Source: Verrucomicrobiia bacterium
GTDB lineage: Bacteria > Verrucomicrobiota > Verrucomicrobiia > JAWXBN01
Assembly: GCA_033764445.1 (NCBI GenBank)
Contig: JANRIZ010000058.1
Span: forward strand, 178 to 64,177
DNA length: 64,000 nucleotides
Reading direction: 5' to 3'
Made by a program: the position numbers and the translations under genes. Shown one piece after another: positions 38,488 through 48,089 of this stretch; the stretch's first letter is position 1; each line of letters starts with the position of its first letter. A model generated the notes under the pieces. It searched no databases. It was not told the DNA's origin and saw nothing but the letters and a program-made list of their open reading frames with translations.

Positions 38488-38744
38488 AAAGTAAGGGCTC
38501 CGTTTTTCCGCAAACTACCATAATAACACGGATATTTGCCACTGTTTTTTTGGAATATCAGCACCGGGATGCTGGCAAGGAAGTTTGAATTTCCGGGTGC
38601 CGATGGTCCGTGCCCTGTCACAGGTCGCCAAGAACCCGGCACCCGACCAACCCGCATGCCAGCGGTGGTTTTGAGGGGAAGGGTTGAGGGAAGGGGGTTG
38701 ACTGTTCCCCGCCGACTGTTTACTCCTGAACGCATTCTTTCCAT

Positions 38745-39929
38745 ATGTCGAAAAAACGTGTCATTGTGATGGGTTTCATGGGCAGTTGCCCGATTGCCGG
38801 GGTTGTCTGGCAGCATCTCCACTATCTGATCGGTCTCAAAGAGCTGGGCCACGAGGTCTACTACATCGAGGACTCCGCCCGCATTCCCTACAACCCCAGC
38901 ACCTTTGAGGTCACCGAGGATTTTTCCTATGCGGCGCGGATGCTGGACCGTCTTTTTCAAAAGCACGGGTTGGGAGCGGAAAACTGGGGGTACTGCGCCC
39001 GGTACCGTCCGGACTCCCCCACCGCGGGGCTTGGCCTGGCAAAAATCCGCGAACTCTACAGGACCGCCGATGCCATTTTCAACGTGTGCGGGTCGCAGGA
39101 ATTCAATGACGATCTGCTCCAGAGCCGGCGCATTCTGTACATTGAGAGTGACCCCGCCGTCGAACAGATCAAACTGGCCAAAGGCAACGAAAACACCCGT
39201 GCCTACCTCTCCCGCCACCAGGCCCTCTTCAGCTTCGGGGAAAACCTCAACCAGACCGACTGCGGGGTGCCGCGGACGGATTTCAAATGGTACCCCACGC
39301 GTCAGCCTGTCGCCACGGCCCTGTGGCAGCCGCCGGAGCGCCGGGATTTCAATCCCGAAAAGGGGGTCTATACCACCATCGCCAACTGGGCCACGGGGGG
39401 GAAAAAGGACATCGAATACAACGGGGAAACCTATCTGTGGAGCAAAAATCCCGAGTTTCACAGATTCTGCGCCGCCCCCCGTCTCTGCGGCGAACTCTTT
39501 GAACTGGCCACGGACATGAAGGACGCCACCGAACGCGCCGGGTTCCTCTCCCAAGGCTGGCAATTCACCCTGCCCCACAAGATGAGCGAGGATATCGACC
39601 TCTATCAGGAATACATCTGGTCCTCGAAAGGCGAATTCACCGTCGCCAAGGACCAGTACACGCGCCTGAATACCGGCTGGTTCAGCGACCGCAGTGCCTG
39701 CTACCTGGCCGCCGGACGCCCGGTCATCACCCAGGCCACGGGATTCTCCAAGTTCATCCCCGTGGGCGAGGGTCTCTTTGAATTCCGCACCCTGGAGGAG
39801 ATCCGCACGGCGGCCGAAAAAATCCGTTCCGACTATTCCCGGCATTCCGCGGCGGCCCGGGAACTGGCCCGGGAATACTTTGAGGCCCGCACGGTTGTCG
39901 GCAGAATCCTGGACGCGGCGGGGATCTGA
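38745..39929 (+). CDS. Putative GT-B glycosyltransferase-like protein
   Basis: GLKELGHEVYYIED, GWFSDRSACYLAAGRPVITQATGF, HSAAARELAREYF. Confidence 0.7.
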   Translation: MSKKRVIVMGFMGSCPIAGVVWQHLHYLIGLKELGHEVYYIEDSARIPYNPSTFEVTEDFSYAARMLDRLFQKHGLGAENWGYCARYRPDSPTAGLGLAKIRELYRTADAIFNVCGSQEFNDDLLQSRRILYIESDPAVEQIKLAKGNENTRAYLSRHQALFSFGENLNQTDCGVPRTDFKWYPTRQPVATALWQPPERRDFNPEKGVYTTIANWATGGKKDIEYNGETYLWSKNPEFHRFCAAPRLCGELFELATDMKDATERAGFLSQGWQFTLPHKMSEDIDLYQEYIWSSKGEFTVAKDQYTRLNTGWFSDRSACYLAAGRPVITQATGFSKFIPVGEGLFEFRTLEEIRTAAEKIRSDYSRHSAAARELAREYFEARTVVGRILDAAGI

Positions 39930-39975
39930 CACAGGTTTTGTTTGGCATTTGAGCCTCCGGCCCTACATTGGAGGG

Positions 39976-41334
39976 ATGAACCGCCGGATCGTGGGATTGG
40001 AAACCGAGTACGGCTGCCTCATCGAGCCTCCGCTCACCAATGACGAGGTCGTGGCCCAGGTCCGCAACTGGGTCTTTACGGAGGGCGGGTACGGCCTCCT
40101 GGACGTGCATGACCGGGGATGGGATGAACCCGCCGGCAACGGGGGATTCCTTTTCAACGGGGGCCGCCTGTATCTCGACATGGGCCATGTCGAATACTGC
40201 ACCCCCGAATGTCTGGATGTCACGGATGTCCTCCGCTACGACCAGGCCGGGGACATGATCCTGCTCCGGGCGGTCGAGGCACTCGGGTGGGAGGGACGCG
40301 TCAGCTTCATCCGCAACAACATCGATCACTACACCGGGGCCACCTTCGGATGCCACGAAAATTACTCCCTCCGGCGGGATGCGGAACTGGATGACGCAGG
40401 CATTGCCTCCCTCCTGGCATTCCTGACACTGCGCACGCTTCTGACCGGTTCCGGGCGCGTGGGGTCTCTCCCGGCGCTCAAGCCGCCGTTTGAGGATGCC
40501 CCGTTTCTCCCGGATTCCCTGTTCCAGATCAGCCAGCGGGCCGACTACATCCGCAACGATTTTTACGAATGGGTCCAGTTCAACCGCGCCATTGTCAACA
40601 CCCGGGATGAACCCCTTGCGGATCCGCGTTCGTTCCGCCGCCTGCACCTGCTTCATGGGGACAGCAGTGTCCTGCCCGCCACCCTTTTCCTGAAAATCGC
40701 CTCCACCCGTCTGGTGCTGGATCTGATGGAGGCGGGCGAATTGCCGCGGGTGGAATTGAGGGAGGCCGTCGGCACCCTGCGTGCGCTCTCCCGCATCACC
40801 ACCGGACCCTGGCCGGTGACGCTGGCCGACGGGCAGCAGCAGGAGGCCCTGGCCCTGCTGCGCCTGTACCACGAAAAGGCGGCGAAACATTTCAGACAGC
40901 GGGCCCCTGAAACGGAGGCGGCCCTGGCCCTCTGGTCCCGCATGATGCAGGCGCTCGAATCCGACAAGCCGGGGGCTTTCGGTCTGCTGGACTGGGTCAC
41001 AAAGGAAACGCTTCTGAACGCCTTTTGCACCCAGGAAAACATCCCGTGGGATGATCCGTGGCTCAAATCCCAGGACCTGGAATTCCATCACATCCACCCG
41101 CAGCGCAGTCTGGCCCATCCCCTCGCCGACCGGCAGGGATGCTGGCATGTGACCGGGGTGGAAAAGGCCACCCTCACCCCTCCATCGAATACACGCGCCC
41201 ATTTGCGAAGCAAAATGATGCGTGAACTGTGCGGACAGAAAAACCATGTCGTGGACTGGTACAAGGTCGGGACGCGGGGGCAGAAACCGACCCTGCTGCT
41301 GGATCCGTTCCAGACGGAACCCGGTCAGGCATGA
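39976..41334 (+). CDS. pafA: PafA-type Pup/UBact-protein ligase
   Basis: RRIVGLETEYG, GFLFNGGRLYLDMGHVEYCTPEC, FGCHENY, RAIVNTRDEPLAD, RRLHLLHGDS; start at ATG 39976. Confidence 0.88.
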   Translation: MNRRIVGLETEYGCLIEPPLTNDEVVAQVRNWVFTEGGYGLLDVHDRGWDEPAGNGGFLFNGGRLYLDMGHVEYCTPECLDVTDVLRYDQAGDMILLRAVEALGWEGRVSFIRNNIDHYTGATFGCHENYSLRRDAELDDAGIASLLAFLTLRTLLTGSGRVGSLPALKPPFEDAPFLPDSLFQISQRADYIRNDFYEWVQFNRAIVNTRDEPLADPRSFRRLHLLHGDSSVLPATLFLKIASTRLVLDLMEAGELPRVELREAVGTLRALSRITTGPWPVTLADGQQQEALALLRLYHEKAAKHFRQRAPETEAALALWSRMMQALESDKPGAFGLLDWVTKETLLNAFCTQENIPWDDPWLKSQDLEFHHIHPQRSLAHPLADRQGCWHVTGVEKATLTPPSNTRAHLRSKMMRELCGQKNHVVDWYKVGTRGQKPTLLLDPFQTEPGQA

Positions 41335-41397
41335 CACAAATTTGGGTTGAATCCCCCAGGAACGCACGGATATAGTCCCCGCTTCACACCATCACCC

Positions 41398-42576
41398 ATG
41401 AACCTGCTCGGCCCCCAATCCGTCACCTACCTCGACAACAATGCCACCACCCCGGTCGCCCCGGAGGTCGCCGAGGCGATGATCCCCTATGTGCGCGACT
41501 TTTTCGGGAATGCCTCCAGCGCCTACCGTTTCGGCAATCAGATTTCCGGGGTGCTGGAACAGGCCCGGGAGCAGGTCGCCTCACTCATCGGCGCGGACGA
41601 ACGCGAAATCGTTTTCACAAGCTGCGGCACGGAATCCGACAACGCGGCCCTGAATCATGCCCTGCTCTCTCATCCGTCCAAAAAACACATTGTCACCAGC
41701 CGGGTCGAACACTCGGCCATCAAAAAACATTGTGAGTTTCTGGAAAAACAGGGATACGAAATCACCCGTCTGGAGGTGGATTCCAACGGCCTCCTCACGG
41801 TGGATGACGTGGCCCGGGCCCTCCGTCCGGAGACGGCCCTGGTGACACTGATGTGGGCCAACAACGAGACCGGGGTTCTTTTCCCGGTCGAGGCCATCGG
41901 CGAATTGTGCCGCAAACAGGGGGTTCTTTTCCATACGGATGCGGTCCAGGCGGTGGGCAAAATCCCCATCAACCTTGCGGCGAGCAAAATCGACATGCTG
42001 TCGATCTCGGGCCACAAACTGCACTGTCCGAAAGGGGTGGGGGTGCTCTACGTGCACAAACGGATCGCCTTCAAACCCTACCTCATCGGGGGCGGACAGG
42101 AAAAGGGCCGGCGCGGGGGAACCGAAAACACGGCCTCGATCGTGGCTCTTGGAAAGGCATGCGAACTGGCGGCGCAGCGGTTGGAGGAGGAAAACACCCG
42201 GGTACGGGCCCTTCGTGACCACATGGAAAAGGGGCTTCTGGCTGCCATCCCGGATTCCCACATCAACGGGGCGGGGGCGGCACGTCTGCCCAACACCACC
42301 AATGTCTCCCTTGAGGGCGTCGAAGCCGAGGCGGTGCTTTTATTGCTCGACCGGGAAGGCATCTGCGCCTCCAGCGGATCGGCCTGCACAACCGGATCGC
42401 TCGAGCCTTCACATGTCCTGACGGCCATGGGCCTGCCCGCCTCCCGCGCCAAGGGATCGATCAGGCTCTCCCTTTCAACCTACAACACAGAGGCAGAGGT
42501 GGGCAAATTGCTGGAGGTTCTCCCTCCCATCGTCGCCCGTCTCCGCAATCCCTCCCAGGTCGCCCCGGAAAATTGA
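41398..42576 (+). CDS. nifS: Cysteine desulfurase (NifS/IscS family)
   Basis: YLDNNATT, FTSCGTESDN, HTDAVQAVGK, SGHKLH (PLP Lys), SSGSACTTGSLEPSHVL. Confidence 0.88.
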   Translation: MNLLGPQSVTYLDNNATTPVAPEVAEAMIPYVRDFFGNASSAYRFGNQISGVLEQAREQVASLIGADEREIVFTSCGTESDNAALNHALLSHPSKKHIVTSRVEHSAIKKHCEFLEKQGYEITRLEVDSNGLLTVDDVARALRPETALVTLMWANNETGVLFPVEAIGELCRKQGVLFHTDAVQAVGKIPINLAASKIDMLSISGHKLHCPKGVGVLYVHKRIAFKPYLIGGGQEKGRRGGTENTASIVALGKACELAAQRLEEENTRVRALRDHMEKGLLAAIPDSHINGAGAARLPNTTNVSLEGVEAEAVLLLLDREGICASSGSACTTGSLEPSHVLTAMGLPASRAKGSIRLSLSTYNTEAEVGKLLEVLPPIVARLRNPSQVAPEN

Positions 42577-42744
42577 CCCGTTTGACCCCCGATTCCGCCC
42601 CCAATCGCGGAATTGATCGAATATTCCCCGCCACTTGTCGATCTCCTCTGGCAATCTTCCGGTAAAACACCATATTTCCCATATCCCCTATGCTGCTGCG
42701 GCAAAAGCTGATTTGAGCATACTGGGCCAACCGCGAAAGCGGCC

Positions 42745-42966
42745 ATGAACGCCAAGGAAAGCAGTCAGAACCACAGTCCGGAAAAATCGGGTTTCAACGG
42801 GGGCATCCAGAAACACATTCCCACACTCGCTGATCTACTCGCCAGGATGGGGGTGCTTCAGGATTTTGGCACCACCTACCGTCTGTCCCTCAATCCCTAC
42901 CACCGGAATTATTATCCGTTGAGGGAGCGTTACCCCTGGGGCGGAGCCAGAATCCTCCGGCACTGA
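42745..42966 (+). CDS. Small hypothetical protein
   Basis: 73-aa ORF filling the nifS-ispA gap; no family recognised. Confidence 0.3.
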   Translation: MNAKESSQNHSPEKSGFNGGIQKHIPTLADLLARMGVLQDFGTTYRLSLNPYHRNYYPLRERYPWGGARILRH

Positions 42967-42976
42967 TGCCTTCAGC

Positions 42977-43858
42977 CTAGTTCTGACGGCTCAGCAGGTA
43001 GGTCGCCAACTCATGCAGACGGCGACCCTTGGCACCGAAAGGCCGCAGAGAGTCCATGGCTTTCCGGGTCAGTCGCGAGGCCTCGGCTTCGGCCTTTTTC
43101 ATTCCCAGGATCGAGGGGTAGGTCGCCTTGCCGGCCTTCTCGTCCTTGCCGGCGGTCTTCCCGAGTTCCTCGCTGGACTTGGTGCAATCCAGAATGTCGT
43201 CAATGACCTGGAAGGCCAGGCCCAGGTGGTACCCAAAGCTTGTGAGCGCCTTCAGCTGTGCGGGGGTGGCATTGGCTGAAAAGGCGCCCAGTCGGATGCT
43301 CGTGCTCAGGAGCGCGGCGGTCTTGCGTTCATGGATGTAAACAAGTTCCTTATGGGAGAGTTTTTTGCCCTCCCCCTCGAGATCCGCAACCTGGCCTCCC
43401 ACCAGAAAGAGACTGCCGGCACAGGTCGCCATTTCCGCCACAATATCCCGGTGACTGTAGCGCGGCCAGGCATTGGCCTTGGCGGCCATCACAAAGGCCT
43501 CGGTCAGGAGTGCGTCCCCGGCGAGAATGGCGATTCCCTCACCAAAAACCTTGTGACTGGTCGGACGCCCCCGGCGGAAATCATCATTGTCCATCCCGGG
43601 AAGATCGTCATGGATCAGGGAATAGGTGTGGATGCACTCGACGGCACAGGCCAGCGGCATGGCCTCCCGTTCATTCCCGCCACAGGCCTCGGCGGCGGCG
43701 ATGCAGAGGACCGGACGCAGGCGCTTGCCTCCGGCAAAGATGGAGTACCTCATGGCCTTGTGAATGGTGGAGGGCTTGACCTTTTCCTTGGGAAGCAGCC
43801 GGTCCAGACCCCGATCCACCGCCCCACACTTGATGTCGATATACTTTTTAAGATCCAT
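42977..43858 (-). CDS. ispA: Polyprenyl (farnesyl/geranylgeranyl) diphosphate synthase
   Basis: GGKRLRP, SLIHDDLPGMDNDDFRRGRPT, FQVIDDILD, GKTAGKD. Confidence 0.92.
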   Translation of the reverse strand: MDLKKYIDIKCGAVDRGLDRLLPKEKVKPSTIHKAMRYSIFAGGKRLRPVLCIAAAEACGGNEREAMPLACAVECIHTYSLIHDDLPGMDNDDFRRGRPTSHKVFGEGIAILAGDALLTEAFVMAAKANAWPRYSHRDIVAEMATCAGSLFLVGGQVADLEGEGKKLSHKELVYIHERKTAALLSTSIRLGAFSANATPAQLKALTSFGYHLGLAFQVIDDILDCTKSSEELGKTAGKDEKAGKATYPSILGMKKAEAEASRLTRKAMDSLRPFGAKGRRLHELATYLLSRQN

Positions 43859-43996
43859 GATGCACGCCGTTGTATGCGTTCCGGTCTGCAAGCGCAAGTC
43901 TAGAAAGACTCTCCCACGGATCCCCTTCCGCTTTCTACAGTTGAAATGGGAGGGGAACCGGGTCTATAGTGGTGCAAACGCACGAGTCCTCCCCCT

Positions 43997-45175
43997 ATGT
44001 CCAATATCATCATCTGCCAGAATTGCGGAGGCGAAAACGACCTCGGTCGGAAATACTGCACGGAATGCAACGAAAAACTCGATCTGTCCTCGGTCCAATC
44101 CAAGGCCGCCTCGGGGGGTCTGTCCAAGACGGAAATCCGGAAAAAAATCAGTCTGGGCAACAAGGCGGCAAAAACCACCTCCAGTTCCATCGCCCTCAAA
44201 ACGGTGGCGATCCAGTTCCTGCTTCTGGTCCTGGTCCTGGGCGGACTGGGGCTGATCGGATACACGGTCTTTCTGGCCTACAAAAAACCTTCCGGCATGC
44301 CTGTGTGGCGTCCGTATGCGGATTACAAAAATTGGACGGATCAGGAACAGTTGAAATGTGAAATTGATTTTGAAGGGGCCAACCGCGCCAAATTGGACCT
44401 CGAGGATGCCCTGCTCAACAACATGGATTATGCGGGGTCTGTCAACGAGGAACAGGCCAACGCCTGGCTGAGCCGCTATATCCAGCCCTCGACCAAAACC
44501 CTGCCGGGGGGGATCAAGGTCAAGTTTGACAGCGCCTACGTCAAGTTTCTGGATGACGGCACCTACAAGGTGTTCCTCAAGTATGTCGCCTTCGATCATC
44601 CCTTTTACATGACCTACCGGATCTCCGCCAATCTCGACAGCGGGGCCCTGCTGGTCCGTTACCGGTCCATCAAACTCAACAGTCTTGAAATCCCGAAAAT
44701 GCTCCACGACAAGGCTCTTGGCCCCCTGGACAACCTCGAAAACATCACCAAACCAAACAAAAAACTCATCCTCGGGTGCAATATCCTGGAAATCACCGAG
44801 GAAAAACTGACCATCAAAACGGCGATCAAGGCCCCCCCCCCGGAGGCACCAACTCCGGATGGACCACCCCAGAAACCGGCCCCTCCAAAAAACACGCCTG
44901 TGGTGACACCCGCACCAACTCCCGCAGCTCCACCGGCTCCAGCACCCGGCCCTCCCACTCCGGCCTCCGCAACACCGGCGGTCTCTGCGCCTGCAGCTCC
45001 GGCACCGGTGGCAGCCCCAGCCCCAGCGTCGGCCCCGGCACCGGTGGCGGTACCGATGCCGATCCCAAACTCTCCCGCCACTGCAGCCCCGGCACCCGCA
45101 CCACCCCAGACCCCTCCCCCGCCTGCCATCCCCGCCCCTGTTTCTTCCACCCCCGCGGCTGTTCCCACCCCGTGA
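43997..45175 (+). CDS. Zinc-ribbon membrane protein with Pro/Ala-rich C-terminal tail
   Basis: CQNC..CTEC, one TM helix, about 115-aa PAPA-rich tail. Confidence 0.7.
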   Translation: MSNIIICQNCGGENDLGRKYCTECNEKLDLSSVQSKAASGGLSKTEIRKKISLGNKAAKTTSSSIALKTVAIQFLLLVLVLGGLGLIGYTVFLAYKKPSGMPVWRPYADYKNWTDQEQLKCEIDFEGANRAKLDLEDALLNNMDYAGSVNEEQANAWLSRYIQPSTKTLPGGIKVKFDSAYVKFLDDGTYKVFLKYVAFDHPFYMTYRISANLDSGALLVRYRSIKLNSLEIPKMLHDKALGPLDNLENITKPNKKLILGCNILEITEEKLTIKTAIKAPPPEAPTPDGPPQKPAPPKNTPVVTPAPTPAAPPAPAPGPPTPASATPAVSAPAAPAPVAAPAPASAPAPVAVPMPIPNSPATAAPAPAPPQTPPPPAIPAPVSSTPAAVPTP

Positions 45176-46464
45176 ATCTGTGTCTTTACCGACTCCTGCT
45201 CCCGGCGGTGGTATCGGTGATACTGACCGCTCCCGTCTCGGCTCTCACCCCTGCGGAGACAAAATCCTCCAGAACCAAATCAACCCCGAGCGCCTCGGGG
45301 AAAATTGTCGTGGCCAGTGACCAGCCCGAATTCAACGCCATGCTGGCGGCCTACGGGGATGAACAGCTGCGCCAATTCCAGTCGGTTTTTTCACTCCGCC
45401 CCGAGGACCTGTATCTGCTCCGCATCCAATGGGTCCGTTCGGAGGAACATGTGTGGGACCTGATCCCCTTTGTCTTTCAGGAAAAGCTCTGTTTCCAGCT
45501 CATCATCCAATGTCCTGATAAAATTGATCAGAAAAAACTCGATGTCTTCCTCGCACGGGTCTTCTTTCACTGCCTGGCGGAGTCCGGGAAAAACCCGGGG
45601 GCCGGACGCAACCTCAAAAAACTGCCATCCTGGGTCCCGGAAGGTTATGTCCTGTGGCGCTCCCTGAATGATCCTTCCCCCCCCACCCACACCCTCCGTT
45701 CCCTGATCCTCAACGAGGGGTTCCCCACTCCGTCCCTGTTTCTGACCGCCGACTCCAACTACGATGTCTACTCCCCCTCCCAAAAGGACGCCCTTCAATG
45801 GCTGTGGTTCCGGTCCCTGATGCAAGTCCCCAAGGGCGCAGCCCTTCTGGAGGGATTTCTCAGGGACCTTCCCAATCCCACGGAAAAATGGGCCTTTTAT
45901 TTTCTGAAAAGCTACAAACCCACCTTCGAGGATCTGAACCAACTGGACCGCTGGTGGAATCTGCAGGCGGTGTATCTGACCGATATCGTCGCCGCCGACT
46001 CCATGCCTCCGGCCCAGGTGGAGACGGAACTCAAAAAATTGCTGTTGTTCCCCGGCAAGACCCCCGGGACGGTTTTTCCGCTGGAGGAACTGATCGCCCA
46101 GGATGCCCCCCGGCTGTCGCGGGACCTGGTGAATGAAAAAAAATCCCGTCTCAATGCCCTCGTGTCCCGGGCGTCTCCCTCCTTCGCCACGGTGCTGATC
46201 ACCTATCGGGATCTGCTCGACGACCTCGCCCAGGGCCGCAAACCCTCCCCGGCCCTTCTGGAGGCGCTCTCCGGTCGACGCCTCCAGTTGGTGGCCTACC
46301 AACAGCAGGTTTCCGACTACATGAACTGGTACATCGTCACCCAGACCCCGGCCGATCAGGAACTCTTCCGCCGGGCGATCCTCTCCTACCGGGAACTCGA
46401 ATCACTGAGGGCTCCCGAAAAGACCACGGAACACACCCCGCTTTCGATCCGCGCCGCGCCCTAA
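45172..46464 (+). CDS. Hypothetical secreted protein
   Basis: GTG 45172 overlaps the upstream stop; signal-peptide-like LLLPAVVSVILTAPVSA; LPSWVPEG recalls peptidase-MA-like folds, but no HExxH is present. Confidence 0.55.
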   Translation: MNLCLYRLLLPAVVSVILTAPVSALTPAETKSSRTKSTPSASGKIVVASDQPEFNAMLAAYGDEQLRQFQSVFSLRPEDLYLLRIQWVRSEEHVWDLIPFVFQEKLCFQLIIQCPDKIDQKKLDVFLARVFFHCLAESGKNPGAGRNLKKLPSWVPEGYVLWRSLNDPSPPTHTLRSLILNEGFPTPSLFLTADSNYDVYSPSQKDALQWLWFRSLMQVPKGAALLEGFLRDLPNPTEKWAFYFLKSYKPTFEDLNQLDRWWNLQAVYLTDIVAADSMPPAQVETELKKLLLFPGKTPGTVFPLEELIAQDAPRLSRDLVNEKKSRLNALVSRASPSFATVLITYRDLLDDLAQGRKPSPALLEALSGRRLQLVAYQQQVSDYMNWYIVTQTPADQELFRRAILSYRELESLRAPEKTTEHTPLSIRAAP

Positions 46465-46519
46465 ACAATTGATTGCCTGGCTTTCAGATTTTGCTATTCA
46501 CTTGGGAATTCCGACATCA

Positions 46520-47800
46520 ATGAAAATCTCCGATCTCAGAGGCATCCTCACCTACGTCCCCCGGTTCCGCGACAGGATTTTTGTCATCGCCATCGACGGG
46601 GAGATCATCGAAAACGACAACTTCCCGAATCTGATCCTCGACATCGCGGTTCTGCGGAGCCTGAACATCAAGATTGTCATCGTCCACGGTGCCAGCCATC
46701 AGGTCCGCCAGTACGCAAGCGAAAAGGGCACCCCCATCTCCAATGACGACGGCACGGGCATCACCGACAACGACACGCTCAATATCGCCCTCATGGCGGC
46801 CAACCGTCTGACCCACGAGATCATGGAGGCGATCTCCTCCAGCGACCTGCGTTCGGCCTATGCCAACTGCATCACCGCCCACCCCTACGGGATCATCGGC
46901 GGGGTGGACCAGCTTTTTACGGGACGGGTCGAAAAGATCGACACGGAGTTCCTCCACTCGCTGCTCAATTCCTCCGCCATCCCCGTCATTCCCCCCCTGG
47001 GTTTCGACGGCGATGGCAAAACCTACCGCGTCAATTCCGACGGGGTGGCCCTGGCGGTGGCGGAAATCCTCCACGCGGCCAAACTCATCTATGTCACCAC
47101 CGTCGATGGTCTGCCCGGCAATGGCACGCTCCAGGGTCAGCTCGTGGTCTCGGAGGCGGAGGAATACCTCAAAACCCACAAAAGCAGCCTGCCCCCGGTC
47201 CTGGTCTCCAAGCTGACCCACTCGATCAAGGCCTGCCACGGGGGCGTGCCCCGCGCCCATATCATCAACGGCAAAAAGGATGAATGCCTGCTCCAGGAGG
47301 TCTTCTCCAATGAGGGCATCGGGACAATGATCTACGCCAACGAATACGCCTCGATCCGCCGCGCCCGCAAACAGGACGTGAGCAACCTGCTCAACTTCAT
47401 CAAAAACTCCGTCCAAAGCGAGGAACTCATCAAACGCACCCGTGCGGAGGTGGTGGCCCAGATCCAGGACTATTACGTCTTCGAAATCGACAAAAACCTC
47501 GTCGGATGTGTCGCCCTCCACCCCTTCCCGGAACAGCAGACGGCCGAACTGGCCTGCCTCTACGTCAGCTCCACCCACGAAAACCAGGGGGTGGGCAAAA
47601 AGCTCGTGCAATTTGCGGAAGCCCAGGCGCGGGAGTTGGGGGTCAAAAAAATGATCGCCCTCTCCTCGCAGGCCTTCATGTATTTCCAGCAGAAATTCGG
47701 CTTCAACGAGGGCTCCCAGGAGGACCTGCCACCCCTCCGCCGCGAAAAATACCTGGCCAGCAAACGCAATTCAAAAATCCTGGTCAAATTGCTGGCCTGA
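46520..47800 (+). CDS. argA: Amino-acid N-acetyltransferase (N-acetylglutamate synthase)
   Basis: AAK domain (YVPRFRDRIFVIAIDG, VIVHGA, LLQEVFSNEGIGTMI) plus GNAT domain (AELACLYV..QGVG, RNSKIL). Confidence 0.92.
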   Translation: MKISDLRGILTYVPRFRDRIFVIAIDGEIIENDNFPNLILDIAVLRSLNIKIVIVHGASHQVRQYASEKGTPISNDDGTGITDNDTLNIALMAANRLTHEIMEAISSSDLRSAYANCITAHPYGIIGGVDQLFTGRVEKIDTEFLHSLLNSSAIPVIPPLGFDGDGKTYRVNSDGVALAVAEILHAAKLIYVTTVDGLPGNGTLQGQLVVSEAEEYLKTHKSSLPPVLVSKLTHSIKACHGGVPRAHIINGKKDECLLQEVFSNEGIGTMIYANEYASIRRARKQDVSNLLNFIKNSVQSEELIKRTRAEVVAQIQDYYVFEIDKNLVGCVALHPFPEQQTAELACLYVSSTHENQGVGKKLVQFAEAQARELGVKKMIALSSQAFMYFQQKFGFNEGSQEDLPPLRREKYLASKRNSKILVKLLA

Positions 47801-48089
47801 ACTCCGTACTCCCGTCACGATTCGGCAGCCCCGGTGCCATATGCTCCGGGAGTGGCTCGTGCGTGGGGCGGCTGCGGGAGATATCCGTGAGCGATATTTT
47901 TTCGCAGGGGAAAAGCTTCATGGCCTCCTGACCGTTGAACAGGCAAAAGTCTCGACAGGTCATTGACAGGATTGATTACCGCTCCCCCCCATACCCCCTG
48001 TCTGAATCACATCAATCGATGAAAGGAGATAGTCATAATTTTTATTGATTTTCAAATAATTGTTGTATATCATATTTTTTTAATATTAA

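Noticed and set aside
39694-39975. N-terminal extension of pafA in the ORF track
   Set aside because: Overlaps the upstream gene; the family N-terminus (MNRRIVGLETEYG) begins at 39976
42699-42765. c-di-GMP-I riboswitch (GGCAAA...GAAA elements)
   Set aside because: Order and spacing do not match the GGCAAA-stem-GAAA-stem-GACGCAAA consensus; kept only as an unassigned structure
44830-45170. Repetitive C-rich tract
   Set aside because: Explained by a Pro/Ala-rich protein tail with varied codons, not a DNA repeat element
47785-47930. ~45-codon minus-strand ORF (MKLFPCEK...) preceded by AGGAGG, and a loose hairpin at 47809-47880
   Set aside because: The Shine-Dalgarno-like motif is only 2 nt from the ATG, no family is recognisable, and the pairing is unremarkable for GC-rich DNA
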